Shown: positions 1 to 8,711 of the stretch, one piece after another
Position numbering within the stretch: the first letter of the stretch is position 1
Layout of the letters: the number at the start of each line of letters is the position of its first letter
From: an uncultured Gammaproteobacteria bacterium
Lineage (GTDB): Bacteria; Pseudomonadota; Gammaproteobacteria; Steroidobacterales; JBCCMA01
Length of the DNA stretch: 64,000 nucleotides
Assembly: GCA_964639265.1 (NCBI GenBank)
Contig: CAZXCL010000001.1
Span: forward strand, 47,301-111,300
Direction: 5' to 3'
Notes under the pieces: generated by a model
What the model saw: only the letters and a program-made list of their open reading frames with translations
What the model was told of the DNA's origin: nothing
Databases searched by the model: none
Program-made: the position numbers and the translations under genes

Positions 1-636
1 GCCGATACCGTTGACCCCCGGTGTGGCGACAACGGGTGCACCACTGGCCGCGGTCTCGAGATAGAGGTTCTGACCGCGCGGCTCAAGCCCGGCATCGTTA
101 ATGAAATCACTGAGCTGAATGTTGCCCACCTGAGTCGGCGCGGCCTGGCCGGCCAGTTGTACTGAAACCGTGCCGTCGCGACCGACCGTGATCGACTGGG
201 CGCCGGGCGGAATCGTAATGCCCGGCTGCAATGGATAGCCGTTTGAAGTCACTACCTGTCCGGTCTCATCCATCTGAAACGTGCCGTCGCGCGTGTAGGC
301 CGTGTTGCCGTCCGGCGTCAGCACCTGAAAAAAACCGCGCCCGTTGATCGCGACATCCAGAGCATTGTTGGTCTGGGCGACGGTGCCCTGCCCGAAGGTC
401 TTTTGTACGGCGACGATGCGCACGCCGGTCCCGATCATGGTGCCGGAAGGATGACGCGTGGACTGAGAAGTCTGGCCGCCTGCCTGCGCCCGGTTCTGAT
501 ACAGAAGATCCTCGAACGAGGCGCGGCCGCGTTTGAAGCCGGTCGTGTTCGTGTTGGCCAGATTGTTGGAAATCACGGCCATTCGCGTTTGCTGGGCGTC
601 GAGGCCGGTCTTGGCCGCCCACAGTGCTGTGTTCAT
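1..636 (-). CDS. flgG: Flagellar basal-body distal rod protein FlgG (3' end truncated by window edge)
   Basis: Not in the ORF track. Manual translation from the ATG at 636 gives [39 protein letters not shown]...; the frame stays open to base 1 (…[10 protein letters not shown]). It lies directly downstream of flgF. Confidence 0.95.
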   Translation of the reverse strand, partial: MNTALWAAKTGLDAQQTRMAVISNNLANTNTTGFKRGRASFEDLLYQNRAQAGGQTSQSTRHPSGTMIGTGVRIVAVQKTFGQGTVAQTNNALDVAINGRGFFQVLTPDGNTAYTRDGTFQMDETGQVVTSNGYPLQPGITIPPGAQSITVGRDGTVSVQLAGQAAPTQVGNIQLSDFINDAGLEPRGQNLYLETAASGAPVVATPGVNGIG

Positions 637-693
637 CGTTGCGTCGTCCTTGTCGTCAATATTTTGTCGTTTGCACTCGCCCACAGGGCAAGT

Positions 694-709
694 TGCAATA
701 TGTATGCCA
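694..709 (-). promoter_or_regulatory. sigma54 (-24/-12) promoter upstream of flgG
   Basis: Minus strand reads TGGCAT-ACATA-TTGCA, matching TGGCAC-N5-TTGCW with exact GG/GC spacing, in the 77-bp flgF-flgG gap. Confidence 0.75.
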
Positions 710-713
710 CGCG

Positions 714-1454
714 CTAGCGCATGCGCATCAGTGCCGCCGCACGGTCTGCGTCGTCGCGGGCGGTTTCAATCATCTTTACCTGCATCTCATACAGGCGCGA
801 GAGCTCAATCATGGTCACAAGCGAAGACGCTGCGTTGACGTTGCTCGACTCCAGTGCGCCGGTGACCAGCGTTACCGCAGCGTCGGCCTCGGCAAGCTGC
901 CCGTCCTTGAGCCGAAACAATCCGTCCTGGCCGCGTTCCATCTCACCCGTGTCAGGATTGACCAGACGGATACGATCGACCACGGCCAGCGCGTTGGCCG
1001 GCTGTCCAAGCGGGATCACCGATACCGTGCCATCGCCACCAATGCTCAGTGAGTTGTTGGGCGGAATCGCAACCGGGCCGCCGTCGCCCATAATCGCGTG
1101 GCCGTCGGCGTTGCGCAGAATGCCAAACGTGTCGACAAACAGATCGCCAGCGCGTGTGTAGGCTTCGCTGCCATCATCGGCCTGTACGGCAATGAAGCCT
1201 TTGCCGTTCACGGCGACGTCCAGATCGCGCCCGGTGCTGACCAATGCGCCTGGCGCAAAGTCGGCGCCGTAGCCACTGGCCACGACGTTGACGCGACTGG
1301 CGTGCGTATCGCCGTAGATCGGCGCACTGGTGGCACCGACGAGCTCGGCGCGAAATCCCGTCGTGCTGGCGTTGGCCAGATTGTTGCTGACCACAGCCTG
1401 CGCCACCATCGTTTGCGTGGCGCCGGTCATGGCGATGTATCCGAGTCGATCCAT
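714..1454 (-). CDS. flgF: Flagellar basal-body rod protein FlgF
   Basis: [12 protein letters not shown]…[15 protein letters not shown]-terminus, [17 protein letters not shown], and LESSNVN C-terminal rod motif; lies between flgE and flgG. Confidence 0.95.
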   Translation of the reverse strand: MDRLGYIAMTGATQTMVAQAVVSNNLANASTTGFRAELVGATSAPIYGDTHASRVNVVASGYGADFAPGALVSTGRDLDVAVNGKGFIAVQADDGSEAYTRAGDLFVDTFGILRNADGHAIMGDGGPVAIPPNNSLSIGGDGTVSVIPLGQPANALAVVDRIRLVNPDTGEMERGQDGLFRLKDGQLAEADAAVTLVTGALESSNVNAASSLVTMIELSRLYEMQVKMIETARDDADRAAALMRMR

Positions 1455-1473
1455 ACTTCAGCTCGTCCCTGGG

Positions 1474-2691
1474 TTATCGAATGTTGAGTACGGTCTGGGT
1501 GACCTGGTCGGCCGTGGTGATCATCTGCGCGTTGGACTGAAAGTTTCGCTGCGCGGTGATCATGTTCACGAGCTGTTCGGTCAGATCCACGTTCGACGCC
1601 TCCAGCGCGCCGGACTGAATCAGACCAAAGCTGGCCGTGCCGGCCTCGCCCAGCACCACGGAGCCGCTTTCAAACGATTCGGCCCATGACGTGTCGGAGC
1701 GCTGGTCCAGGCCGCCGGGGTTCACGAAGCGCGCCATGGCAACCTTGCCGAGCGACGAGGCCTGACCATTGGTGAAGCGGGCGAAAATGACGCCGGTGTT
1801 ACTGATGTCCACACCCGACAAACGACCGGTCGTAAAGCCGTCCTGATTGAGGTTGTTCACCGCAAACGTATCGCCGTATTGAGTGGTCTGGTTGTAGAAC
1901 AGATTCATCGTGATCGGTGCGGCGCCATTGCCCGGATCATAGGCCGGCAACGTCACGAGGCCGCCCGCAGGTACATCGAGTGTGCCTTCCTGGGAAAACT
2001 GCAGTGTTTCAGGTGGCCCGACCAGGTTGTTGTCGATGTACGTGTAGGCCTCCCAGGTATTGTCAGCGGGCTGCTTGACGTAATAGTAGGACTGGGTGTG
2101 CGGCGAGCCGAGCGAGTCGTAAACGGTGGTGGATGTCGTGTGGTTGTAGGACGCCGGATCGACCGGATCGAACACCGGGTTGTCCGGCTGCGGCGCATCC
2201 GCCGGCAGGTTGACGCCGATTTCGGCCTCCGTGCTTTCGCCTGGTGCCGATGTACCGACCACGACGCGCAGGTCGGTCAGCAGACCGCTGTTGAACGTGT
2301 CGTTGTCCGCCACAGGAAAGCCCTGCAGTCGGGCGCCCTGCGGGTTAACGAGAAAACCTTCCCGGTCCAGGCTGAAATTGCCGGCGCGTGAGTAGATCGG
2401 TGCACCGTTGTCGCTGAGTCGGAAGAAGCCTTCCCCGGCAATGGCCAGATCCAGCGCATTGTTGGTGAAATCGATGTTGCCTTGTGAGAAAGACTGGGTA
2501 ACACCGGTGAGTCGAACGCCACTACCGGACACCGAGGTGCTGAGACTGGCGTTACCGGCGGCAAACACTTCGGCAAATTCACTGCGGCTTTCCTTGTAGC
2601 CGTAGGTGTTGGCGTTGGCGATGTTGTTGGCTGTGACGCTCAGGTCGGCCGAGGCCGCGTTGAGTCCACTTAAAGCAATACGAAAAGGCAT
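1474..2691 (-). CDS. flgE: Flagellar hook protein FlgE
   Basis: ALSGLNAASADLSVTANNIANANTYGYK, SRAGNFSLDREG and ALEASNVDLTEQLVNMITAQRNFQSNA motifs; 405 aa. Confidence 0.97.
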   Translation of the reverse strand: MPFRIALSGLNAASADLSVTANNIANANTYGYKESRSEFAEVFAAGNASLSTSVSGSGVRLTGVTQSFSQGNIDFTNNALDLAIAGEGFFRLSDNGAPIYSRAGNFSLDREGFLVNPQGARLQGFPVADNDTFNSGLLTDLRVVVGTSAPGESTEAEIGVNLPADAPQPDNPVFDPVDPASYNHTTSTTVYDSLGSPHTQSYYYVKQPADNTWEAYTYIDNNLVGPPETLQFSQEGTLDVPAGGLVTLPAYDPGNGAAPITMNLFYNQTTQYGDTFAVNNLNQDGFTTGRLSGVDISNTGVIFARFTNGQASSLGKVAMARFVNPGGLDQRSDTSWAESFESGSVVLGEAGTASFGLIQSGALEASNVDLTEQLVNMITAQRNFQSNAQMITTADQVTQTVLNIR

Positions 2692-2716
2692 AGTCTGGTT
2701 CCTTTAAAGAAATTGA

Positions 2717-3379
2717 TCAGGAAATTTCCCGGATCTGACTCAACGGTTGGGCGTCAAGTCCGGGGAGATTCAATGTGAGGCCACCGCCCTGTGCCGACAG
2801 CGAGACGCTGTCTACGCGCGAACGCACGAGTGACGGCACGGCCTGCGCGGCGCCGCCGACATCGATGTTGGCGCTGAACGTATAGCGCCCGGCAGGCGCC
2901 GTATCGCCGCGGCTGTCACGCCCGTCCCACTCGAAGCGAGCCAGACCCGCGTTCTGCGCGCCGAGTGAAATCTGGCGCACAACGGCCCCGGAGACATCGC
3001 GCACGGTGACCGTCACGTTGCGGCTGGCGATGGGCATATCCACCGCACCGCCGAGCGATTCGTCGGCAGCGCGATAGCCTGTGTCCTGGTTCAGCAGGAC
3101 GTCGCGTCCGATCAGTCCAGAGGCCTGCAGTGTCTGATCCGAGGAAATCGAATCGGCGAGCGTGGTGAAATTCTGATTCAGACTTTCGATACCTGAGACG
3201 GTGCTGAACTGGGCAAGCTCAGCCACAAACTGACCGTTTTCCATGGGAGAGAACGGATCCTGATTCTGGATTTGCGCGACCATCAGCGTCAGATAGTCGT
3301 CCTGACCCAGTTCGCCTTCGGCCTGGCCGGAGGTGGGGCGGGAAAGTTGCGGAGCAAGACTGGTATCAATGGTGTTCAT
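2717..3379 (-). CDS. flgD: Flagellar hook capping protein FlgD
   Basis: LGQDDYLTLMVAQIQNQDPFSPMENGQFVAELAQFS motif and FEWDGRD. Confidence 0.95.
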   Translation of the reverse strand: MNTIDTSLAPQLSRPTSGQAEGELGQDDYLTLMVAQIQNQDPFSPMENGQFVAELAQFSTVSGIESLNQNFTTLADSISSDQTLQASGLIGRDVLLNQDTGYRAADESLGGAVDMPIASRNVTVTVRDVSGAVVRQISLGAQNAGLARFEWDGRDSRGDTAPAGRYTFSANIDVGGAAQAVPSLVRSRVDSVSLSAQGGGLTLNLPGLDAQPLSQIREIS

Positions 3380-3389
3380 TTCGTGTCTC

Positions 3390-3803
3390 CTACTGACCGA
3401 GGCTGATGGTGCGCATCAGCAGTTCCTTGGAGGTGTTGATGACCTCCACGTTGTTCTGATACGCGCGAGATGCCGAAAGCATGTTGACCATCTCTTCGAC
3501 CGGATTGACGTTGCTGGCAAAGACATAGCCCTCATCATTGGCCAGCGGATGATCCGGCGCGTAACGCGAGGCAATTGGCGCGTCGCTCTCGACAATGCCG
3601 GTGACGCGCACGCCCGGATGCGCCGACGCGCCGTCGAGAAAATCGCGAAATGGCTGAAACACGGGCTGGCGTGAACGATAGGCAGTCTCAACGCTGCCGC
3701 TGACGTCATCCGCGTTGGCCACGTTACTGGCGGTCACATTCAGGCGCACCGACTGGGCACTCATACCGGCGCCTGCGATATCAAAAATGCGATACAGACT
3801 CAT
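3390..3803 (-). CDS. flgC: Flagellar basal-body rod protein FlgC
   Basis: GMSAQSVRLNVTASNVANA, YAPDHPLA and NVNPVEEMVNMLSASRAYQNN motifs. Confidence 0.96.
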   Translation of the reverse strand: MSLYRIFDIAGAGMSAQSVRLNVTASNVANADDVSGSVETAYRSRQPVFQPFRDFLDGASAHPGVRVTGIVESDAPIASRYAPDHPLANDEGYVFASNVNPVEEMVNMLSASRAYQNNVEVINTSKELLMRTISLGQ

Positions 3804-4204
3804 TACTGATGGCCCCCGGCAATGGCGGCACGGAGTGTCGAGACCCGGCCGTTCACAAAGCGCAGGCTGGCCTGGTAGCGCAGCGAATTGCTGGCAAATT
3901 CGGCTTGCTCGACGTCAGTTTCAACGGTGTTGCCGTCAAGGGAAGGTTGGCCTGGCACTCTGTATAGAAGCTCACCCTCGCCCATGGCCATACCCGGCGG
4001 CGTCATATGGCGTTGATCGGTCGTCAACATCCGAAACGCCGGGGCGGCTGTGCCTTCCAGCACACTTTTGAAATCCACGTCGCGTGCCTTGAAGCCGGGC
4101 GTGTCCGCATTGGCGATATTGGCCGCGATGATCTCGTTGCGCTGGCCCCACAGACCCAGTGCGGCTGCGTGTGGTCCAAAAATGCGATCGGTCGAACTGA
4201 ACAT
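3803..4204 (-). CDS. flgB: Flagellar basal-body rod protein FlgB
   Basis: IAANIANADTPGFKARDVDF and SLDGNTVE motifs; the stop overlaps the flgC start. Confidence 0.96.
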   Translation of the reverse strand: MFSSTDRIFGPHAAALGLWGQRNEIIAANIANADTPGFKARDVDFKSVLEGTAAPAFRMLTTDQRHMTPPGMAMGEGELLYRVPGQPSLDGNTVETDVEQAEFASNSLRYQASLRFVNGRVSTLRAAIAGGHQ

Positions 4205-4239
4205 GACAAGCTCCTTGTGTGCGTGTTCGGTCTATGCCT

Positions 4240-4256
4240 AGCAAGGCGCGTGCCAA
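4240..4256 (-). promoter_or_regulatory. sigma54 promoter of the flgB operon
   Basis: Minus strand reads TTGGCAC-GCGCC-TTGCT, a perfect consensus 36 bp upstream of the flgB ATG. Confidence 0.85.
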
Positions 4257-4300
4257 AACCACAAGTGTTTGTCCGGTATCAGGTTTCCATATCGAGGCAG

Positions 4301-4327
4301 TTGCCAGGCGGCAATCGTCTGCCGCCT
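4301..4327. promoter_or_regulatory. Overlapping inverted repeats between the divergent flgB and flgA promoters (candidate enhancer/UAS)
   Basis: TTGCC-AGGC-GGCAA (4301-4314) and AGGCGGCA-N6-TGCCGCCT (4306-4327). A related CTTGCC-N10-GGCAAG lies at 4425-4446. Confidence 0.4.
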
Positions 4328-4409
4328 TTGGCCGCTCTTTGTACCTGCGCTTGCCGCCAATTATGGTGAATGCGCCGCGGGCACCTCGCGCAGGTCTGCA
4401 TATCGTCGA

Positions 4410-4426
4410 TTGGCACGAAAGCTGCT
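4410..4426 (+). promoter_or_regulatory. sigma54 promoter of flgA
   Basis: TTGGCAC-GAAAG-CTGCT has the correct -24 GG/-12 GC spacing with one mismatch, 34 bp upstream of the flgA ATG. An AGGAG RBS follows. Confidence 0.65.
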
Positions 4427-4460
4427 TGCCAACCTGTGACGGCAAGGAGAGCTGATCCTA

Positions 4461-5183
4461 ATGGGAAAGATCGGGGAAAAACGGATAGATAGCTGCGTCA
4501 AAGCGTTGACGTTGCTGCTGTGGTGTCCGCTCGCCAGTGCACAGAACCAGTGGCAAAGCACCGAATCAATCCGCGCTGCGGCGGTCAGCCACGCGAACAG
4601 CCTGCTCAGCCGCCAGCGCGGTGATGTGACCGTTGCAGCGCGTCAGATCGATGCGCGACTGCGACTGCGCCAATGTGCCGAACCTCTGCAGACCTATTTG
4701 CCGCCCGGCTCGACCATTGCCAACGGTGGCGTGGTGGGTGTTCGCTGCACGGGCCCGGTGGCGTGGAAACTGTTCGTGCCGGTTGCGGTTGAGCGCTACG
4801 CGCTTGTCGCGCGCTCAAGCCGAGCGCTGCCTGCCGGCCATCGCCTGCAAGCTCAGGACATCGAATGGACTCGGGCAAAGCTCAAAGCCAGTGACGCGGT
4901 ACTGATCAAGGATCGAGACGTCGCGATCGATCAGGTCCTGCGCCAGCCAGCCGCCGCCGGACAGACTTTGCGCGCGGCTATGTTGCGCCCACCGCACATC
5001 ATCCAGCGCGGCGATCGCGTGACGCTGGCCGTCTCGAACCCGAATCTGGCTATTCGCATGCGCGGAGAGGCGCTCGCCGACGCGGCACTGGGACAGCGCG
5101 TGCGCGCGCGTAACGACTCTTCCGGGCGCATCGTCGAGGGCATCGTTCGCGCCCGGGGACTCATTGAACTTGATATTTATTAA
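4461..5183 (+). CDS. flgA: Flagellar basal-body P-ring formation chaperone FlgA
   Basis: Signal peptide (…PLASA), IDARLRLRQC, VGVRC and IIQRGDRVTL…GEALADAALGQRVRARN; divergent from flgB. Confidence 0.93.
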   Translation: MGKIGEKRIDSCVKALTLLLWCPLASAQNQWQSTESIRAAAVSHANSLLSRQRGDVTVAARQIDARLRLRQCAEPLQTYLPPGSTIANGGVVGVRCTGPVAWKLFVPVAVERYALVARSSRALPAGHRLQAQDIEWTRAKLKASDAVLIKDRDVAIDQVLRQPAAAGQTLRAAMLRPPHIIQRGDRVTLAVSNPNLAIRMRGEALADAALGQRVRARNDSSGRIVEGIVRARGLIELDIY

Positions 5184-5256
5184 TAGTTTATTGTCAATAG
5201 CTAATGTATGACTCTTAGTTCTGTCAAGTTTTTGTCTCCATCGCTCATTTTTTTGC

Positions 5257-5283
5257 TAAAGGTTTTTCCGCCGCCGCCGCTAC
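5257..5283 (+). promoter_or_regulatory. sigma28 (FliA) promoter upstream of flgM
   Basis: TAAA-N15-GCCGCTAC versus consensus TAAA-N15-GCCGATAA, preceded by an AT-rich tract at about 5170-5255. Confidence 0.7.
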
Positions 5284-5314
5284 ATCTCCTGCAACAGACA
5301 GGAGGCGGCACGCC

Positions 5315-5629
5315 ATGCCTAACAAAATTGATTCATCGCTCAACTCGTACCGGCAGGTCAAAGGGCCGGCCGACAGCAACCGCACCCGTGAGCAGGCGAA
5401 TCGTACAACCACGGCCAACTCTCCCGCACAGACCGACACGGTCGCCGTCACCACCAACGCACGCCAGCTGGCGTCGTTAGAGTCGGCCATCGCATCGGCA
5501 AGCGTGGAAGACACTGCGCGCGTGGACGCGGTTCGCCAGCAGATCGCCGACGGCACCTATCAGGTTGACCCGAAGCGTGTGGCGGACAGTCTTTTAAGTA
5601 TGGACCAGTCGCTGCCGTCGAATTTCTAG
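5315..5629 (+). CDS. flgM: Anti-sigma28 factor FlgM
   Basis: DTVAVT… and C-terminal RVDAVRQQIADGTYQVDPKRVADSLL FlgM signature; GGAGG RBS. Confidence 0.92.
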   Translation: MPNKIDSSLNSYRQVKGPADSNRTREQANRTTTANSPAQTDTVAVTTNARQLASLESAIASASVEDTARVDAVRQQIADGTYQVDPKRVADSLLSMDQSLPSNF

Positions 5630-5632
5630 ACG

Positions 5633-6091
5633 ATGACGACTGAATTTCGGGCCCTTACGGACGAGGGCCACCTTTCCCCTACCGATGTTATCGACCGCTC
5701 GGTTGCCGTCGCGCAGCAGCTGCTCGACCTGCTAAAGGAAGAGCGCAAACTGCTCGCAGGCGTTGATCACGACGCGTTGACCCCGGTATTTGCCCGCAAA
5801 AGTGAGCTTGCCACCCAGCTAAGCGAACTCGATCAGGAACGCGCCGCGCAGGAGGAGACGCTTGGCATCGAGACCAGCACCGAACATTCTCACTGGGCGC
5901 TCTACTGCACCTTGCTTGAGCATTGCCGCGAAGCCAACGCCATCAACGGCCGGCTGGTACAAGACCGGCAGAGACACGTCCGCCGTGCGCTAGGCATCCT
6001 GCGTGGGCAAACTGATAGCGACCCCGAAATCTATTCACAGCGTGGTTCGACCTTGCCGGGCGCGCGGTCCCAGGACCTCGGACGCGCCTGA
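5633..6091 (+). CDS. flgN: Flagellar export chaperone FlgN
   Basis: Helical protein with LLKEE…L and CREANAINGRL…RALGILRG…YS pattern; follows flgM. Confidence 0.85.
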   Translation: MTTEFRALTDEGHLSPTDVIDRSVAVAQQLLDLLKEERKLLAGVDHDALTPVFARKSELATQLSELDQERAAQEETLGIETSTEHSHWALYCTLLEHCREANAINGRLVQDRQRHVRRALGILRGQTDSDPEIYSQRGSTLPGARSQDLGRA

Positions 6092-6112
6092 CCGCGCGAC
6101 ACGGCGCATCCC

Positions 6113-6913
6113 TTGCACGCCCGCCTTGGCCTTGCGCTTGGTTTGCTGCTTGTCGGCGGCTGCAACGAGCAAACGGCCGAACCGCTACCCCCTCAGTCTT
6201 TGACACAAAGCGTTTCGGACTTTGACGATCAGGAGATTGTCACCAAGGTCTACGCCACCCAAACCAGTGTTCCGGTGGGGTTTGCCGTTGAAGCGCCTGA
6301 ATTTGCGGAGGCCTCGTATACGCTGCGCCATCTGCGCCGCAATGACCTTGATCCCGGCAGCACTCAAACCTATGAGCTATGCACCGACGACATGAGTCAG
6401 GCGCTGCGCTGGTCGGATCGCGCCGCCACCGATCCCGAACGGTTGCCCGTGACCACGTTGGAGGATCGCACCACGTTGTTTCAAATCACGCGTCAGGACG
6501 CGACCTCCGTCACACTCCATCGCGTGTTCAAATGTGCCTACCTCAATCGCGATGGCGTTGATCCTATGGCCAGCTCAGGGCCTGCCGGCGTTTTGGCCCT
6601 CGGCGAGCAGCCAGCCGCTGACCTGCGCGATGTGGCCGAATATCTGTGGCAATTCAGTCCCTACAGCAATCCCGGCGCGGCCGTACTGGCCAGCCGCGGT
6701 CGTGGCGACGTAAACGGCTGGTCGCATACGCTGCATCTGGCCAGGCGCGTCGACGGCGCCGGCAAGATACCCGGCTGCGACCGCATCGAGCTCATTGACT
6801 GGCATTATTCTGCCCGACCCGACGGCACGCTCACGGCAATCCAGGAACACGTCGGGCATTTTGAGGCGCGCCAAACCCTGGCAGGGCCAGAAGTCTGTCG
6901 TCCAGCCGGATAG
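6113..6913 (+). CDS. Hypothetical lipoprotein
   Basis: TTG start, hydrophobic signal ending LLLVGG-C (lipobox-like), 266 aa; no family recognised. Confidence 0.7.
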   Translation: MHARLGLALGLLLVGGCNEQTAEPLPPQSLTQSVSDFDDQEIVTKVYATQTSVPVGFAVEAPEFAEASYTLRHLRRNDLDPGSTQTYELCTDDMSQALRWSDRAATDPERLPVTTLEDRTTLFQITRQDATSVTLHRVFKCAYLNRDGVDPMASSGPAGVLALGEQPAADLRDVAEYLWQFSPYSNPGAAVLASRGRGDVNGWSHTLHLARRVDGAGKIPGCDRIELIDWHYSARPDGTLTAIQEHVGHFEARQTLAGPEVCRPAG

Positions 6914-6986
6914 CCCGGCGTGTGACAGGTTGAGGCCCGCAAGAGACAGGTGACAATTCGCCAGCGGCCTTTTAGGCTGTGATCTT

Positions 6987-8237
6987 ATGATCACGGTGCA
7001 CGGGCCTATCCGCAGATCTCTGATTCCACGCCTGCTTGCTGGCGCGCTGTGCAGCACGCTGGTGGCCTGTGGCGGTGATGGCAATTCATCGGCAACCGTC
7101 GGCGTACCCTCGCCGCCCCCTGCGCCGCCACCAACGGCCGTTTCGATTGATCTGCAGCCGGTATTCGAAGCGCTGTCGTTCAGCGAACCTCTCGCAGCGC
7201 TGCAGGCCCCGGGGGATGCATCGCGCTGGTTTGTCGTTGAGCGCACCGGCCAGGTCTGGGCGTTCGACAACGACCCACTGGTAAGCGAGCGCGACAGCTT
7301 TATCGATCTGGGTCCGCGCCTGTTTGATCGGGCGCCGGAGGCCGGGCTGCTCGGCATGGCCTTTCATCCGGATTTCGCCCAGAACGGCGAGGTGTTCTTC
7401 TCCTATACACGCAGCGGGGCGCCGCTCGAATCGGTGATTTCGCGCGTACGCAGTCTCGACGGCGGACAGACGCTCGATCTGACGACAGAGACTATCGTGC
7501 TGACCGTGTTGCAGGATTTTGCCAACCACAATGGCGGTCATATCGCGTTTGGACCAGACGGTTTCCTGTACGCGGGTTTCGGCGACGGCGGCTCGTCCAA
7601 TGATCCGAACGATCGCGCTCAGACCGACACCACCTTGCTCGGCAAGCTGCTGCGCGTGGACGTTGATCAGGGCGCGCCCTACGCCATCGTTCAGGACAAT
7701 CCGTTTGCCGCAAACGCGCCGTGTGTGCAGGGCTTTGGCGGAGCGCCGTGCCCCGAGATTTTCGCACTGGGACTGCGCAACCCGTGGCGTTTCAGCTTTG
7801 ACCGCATCAGCGGCGAGCTGTGGCTCGGTGACGTGGGTCAGGGCCGTTTTGAGGAAATAGATCGGGTGGAGGTTGGCGATAATCTTGGCTGGCGCATACG
7901 CGAAGGTGCCAACTGCCAGACCCCCGCGAACGGTTGTCAAACCGCAGGCCTAAAAGACCCGGTGCATGAATACGGTCGCGACGATGGCGCCTCGGTGACC
8001 GGTGGCTTTGTTTACCGTGGCCCGATGATTCCCGACCTGCAGGCGCGCTACCTGTTCGCTGACTTTATCAGCGGTCGCATCTGGGCACTGCCACCGGCTC
8101 CGGTTGACGGCACTGATTCAACACTTCTGCTTGAAACCACATTCAACATCTCGTCGTTTGCACAAGGCAACGACGGTGAGCTGCTGATCATCGACTACAC
8201 CGGCGGGCAGCTGCACGCCATCGTGCCCGGGAACTGA
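6987..8237 (+). CDS. PQQ-dependent sugar/sorbosone dehydrogenase family (GSDH beta-propeller) lipoprotein
   Basis: LVA-C lipobox and Pro-rich linker; NHNGGHIAFGPDGFLY, GDGG, LLGKLLRVD, GLRNPWRFSFD and SVTGGFVYRG motifs. Confidence 0.9.
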   Translation: MITVHGPIRRSLIPRLLAGALCSTLVACGGDGNSSATVGVPSPPPAPPPTAVSIDLQPVFEALSFSEPLAALQAPGDASRWFVVERTGQVWAFDNDPLVSERDSFIDLGPRLFDRAPEAGLLGMAFHPDFAQNGEVFFSYTRSGAPLESVISRVRSLDGGQTLDLTTETIVLTVLQDFANHNGGHIAFGPDGFLYAGFGDGGSSNDPNDRAQTDTTLLGKLLRVDVDQGAPYAIVQDNPFAANAPCVQGFGGAPCPEIFALGLRNPWRFSFDRISGELWLGDVGQGRFEEIDRVEVGDNLGWRIREGANCQTPANGCQTAGLKDPVHEYGRDDGASVTGGFVYRGPMIPDLQARYLFADFISGRIWALPPAPVDGTDSTLLLETTFNISSFAQGNDGELLIIDYTGGQLHAIVPGN

Positions 8238-8272
8238 CGTCCGTCCCCGGGCATCTCGGCTATCTCTATGGA

Positions 8273-8605
8273 CTAGGCTGCCGAAGCGCGAATTTCGCGC
8301 TCGAGAGCTTCGGCCAGCGGCGCTTTTGGCTGAGCGCCGACCAGAGTCTGCTTGACCTGACCCCGATCGATCACCAGCAACGTCGGTATGGAGCGAACGC
8401 CATACTGAGCAGCGAGTTCAGGCTCATCGTCCACGTTCACCTTGACGATGCTTGCGCGCCCCTCAAAATCACCGGAGAGCTCCTCCAGCACCGGGCCTAC
8501 CGCACGGCACGGGCCGCACCAGGGTGCCCAGAAATCGACCAGAACGGGCGTATCGGCGGCCAAAACCTCGGCCGCAAACGTGTCTTTGCTGACTTCGTTT
8601 ACCAT
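8273..8605 (-). CDS. trxA: Thioredoxin
   Basis: VLVDFWAPWCGPC active site and YGVRSIPTL; 110 aa. Confidence 0.95.
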   Translation of the reverse strand: MVNEVSKDTFAAEVLAADTPVLVDFWAPWCGPCRAVGPVLEELSGDFEGRASIVKVNVDDEPELAAQYGVRSIPTLLVIDRGQVKQTLVGAQPKAPLAEALEREIRASAA

Positions 8606-8679
8606 TTGTAATCTCCTGCGTTACCAATGCCCCGTAGATTAGGGCCGCAGGCGGGTCTCAAACAGGTGCAGAACGCCGT

Positions 8680-8703
8680 AAAATATGTCTGCGACGCCAG
8701 ACA
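8680..8703 (-). terminator. Putative intrinsic terminator after the MBL gene
   Basis: Minus-strand hairpin TGTCTG-GCGTCG-CAGACA followed by TATTTT, 9 bp after the stop codon. Confidence 0.45.
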
Positions 8704-8711
8704 GTGCGCCG

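Noticed and set aside
8620-8665. Possible sigma32 promoter before trxA (TTGAGA…CCCTAAT)
   Set aside because: Both boxes and the spacing deviate too much from CTTGAA-N13-17-CCCCATNT.
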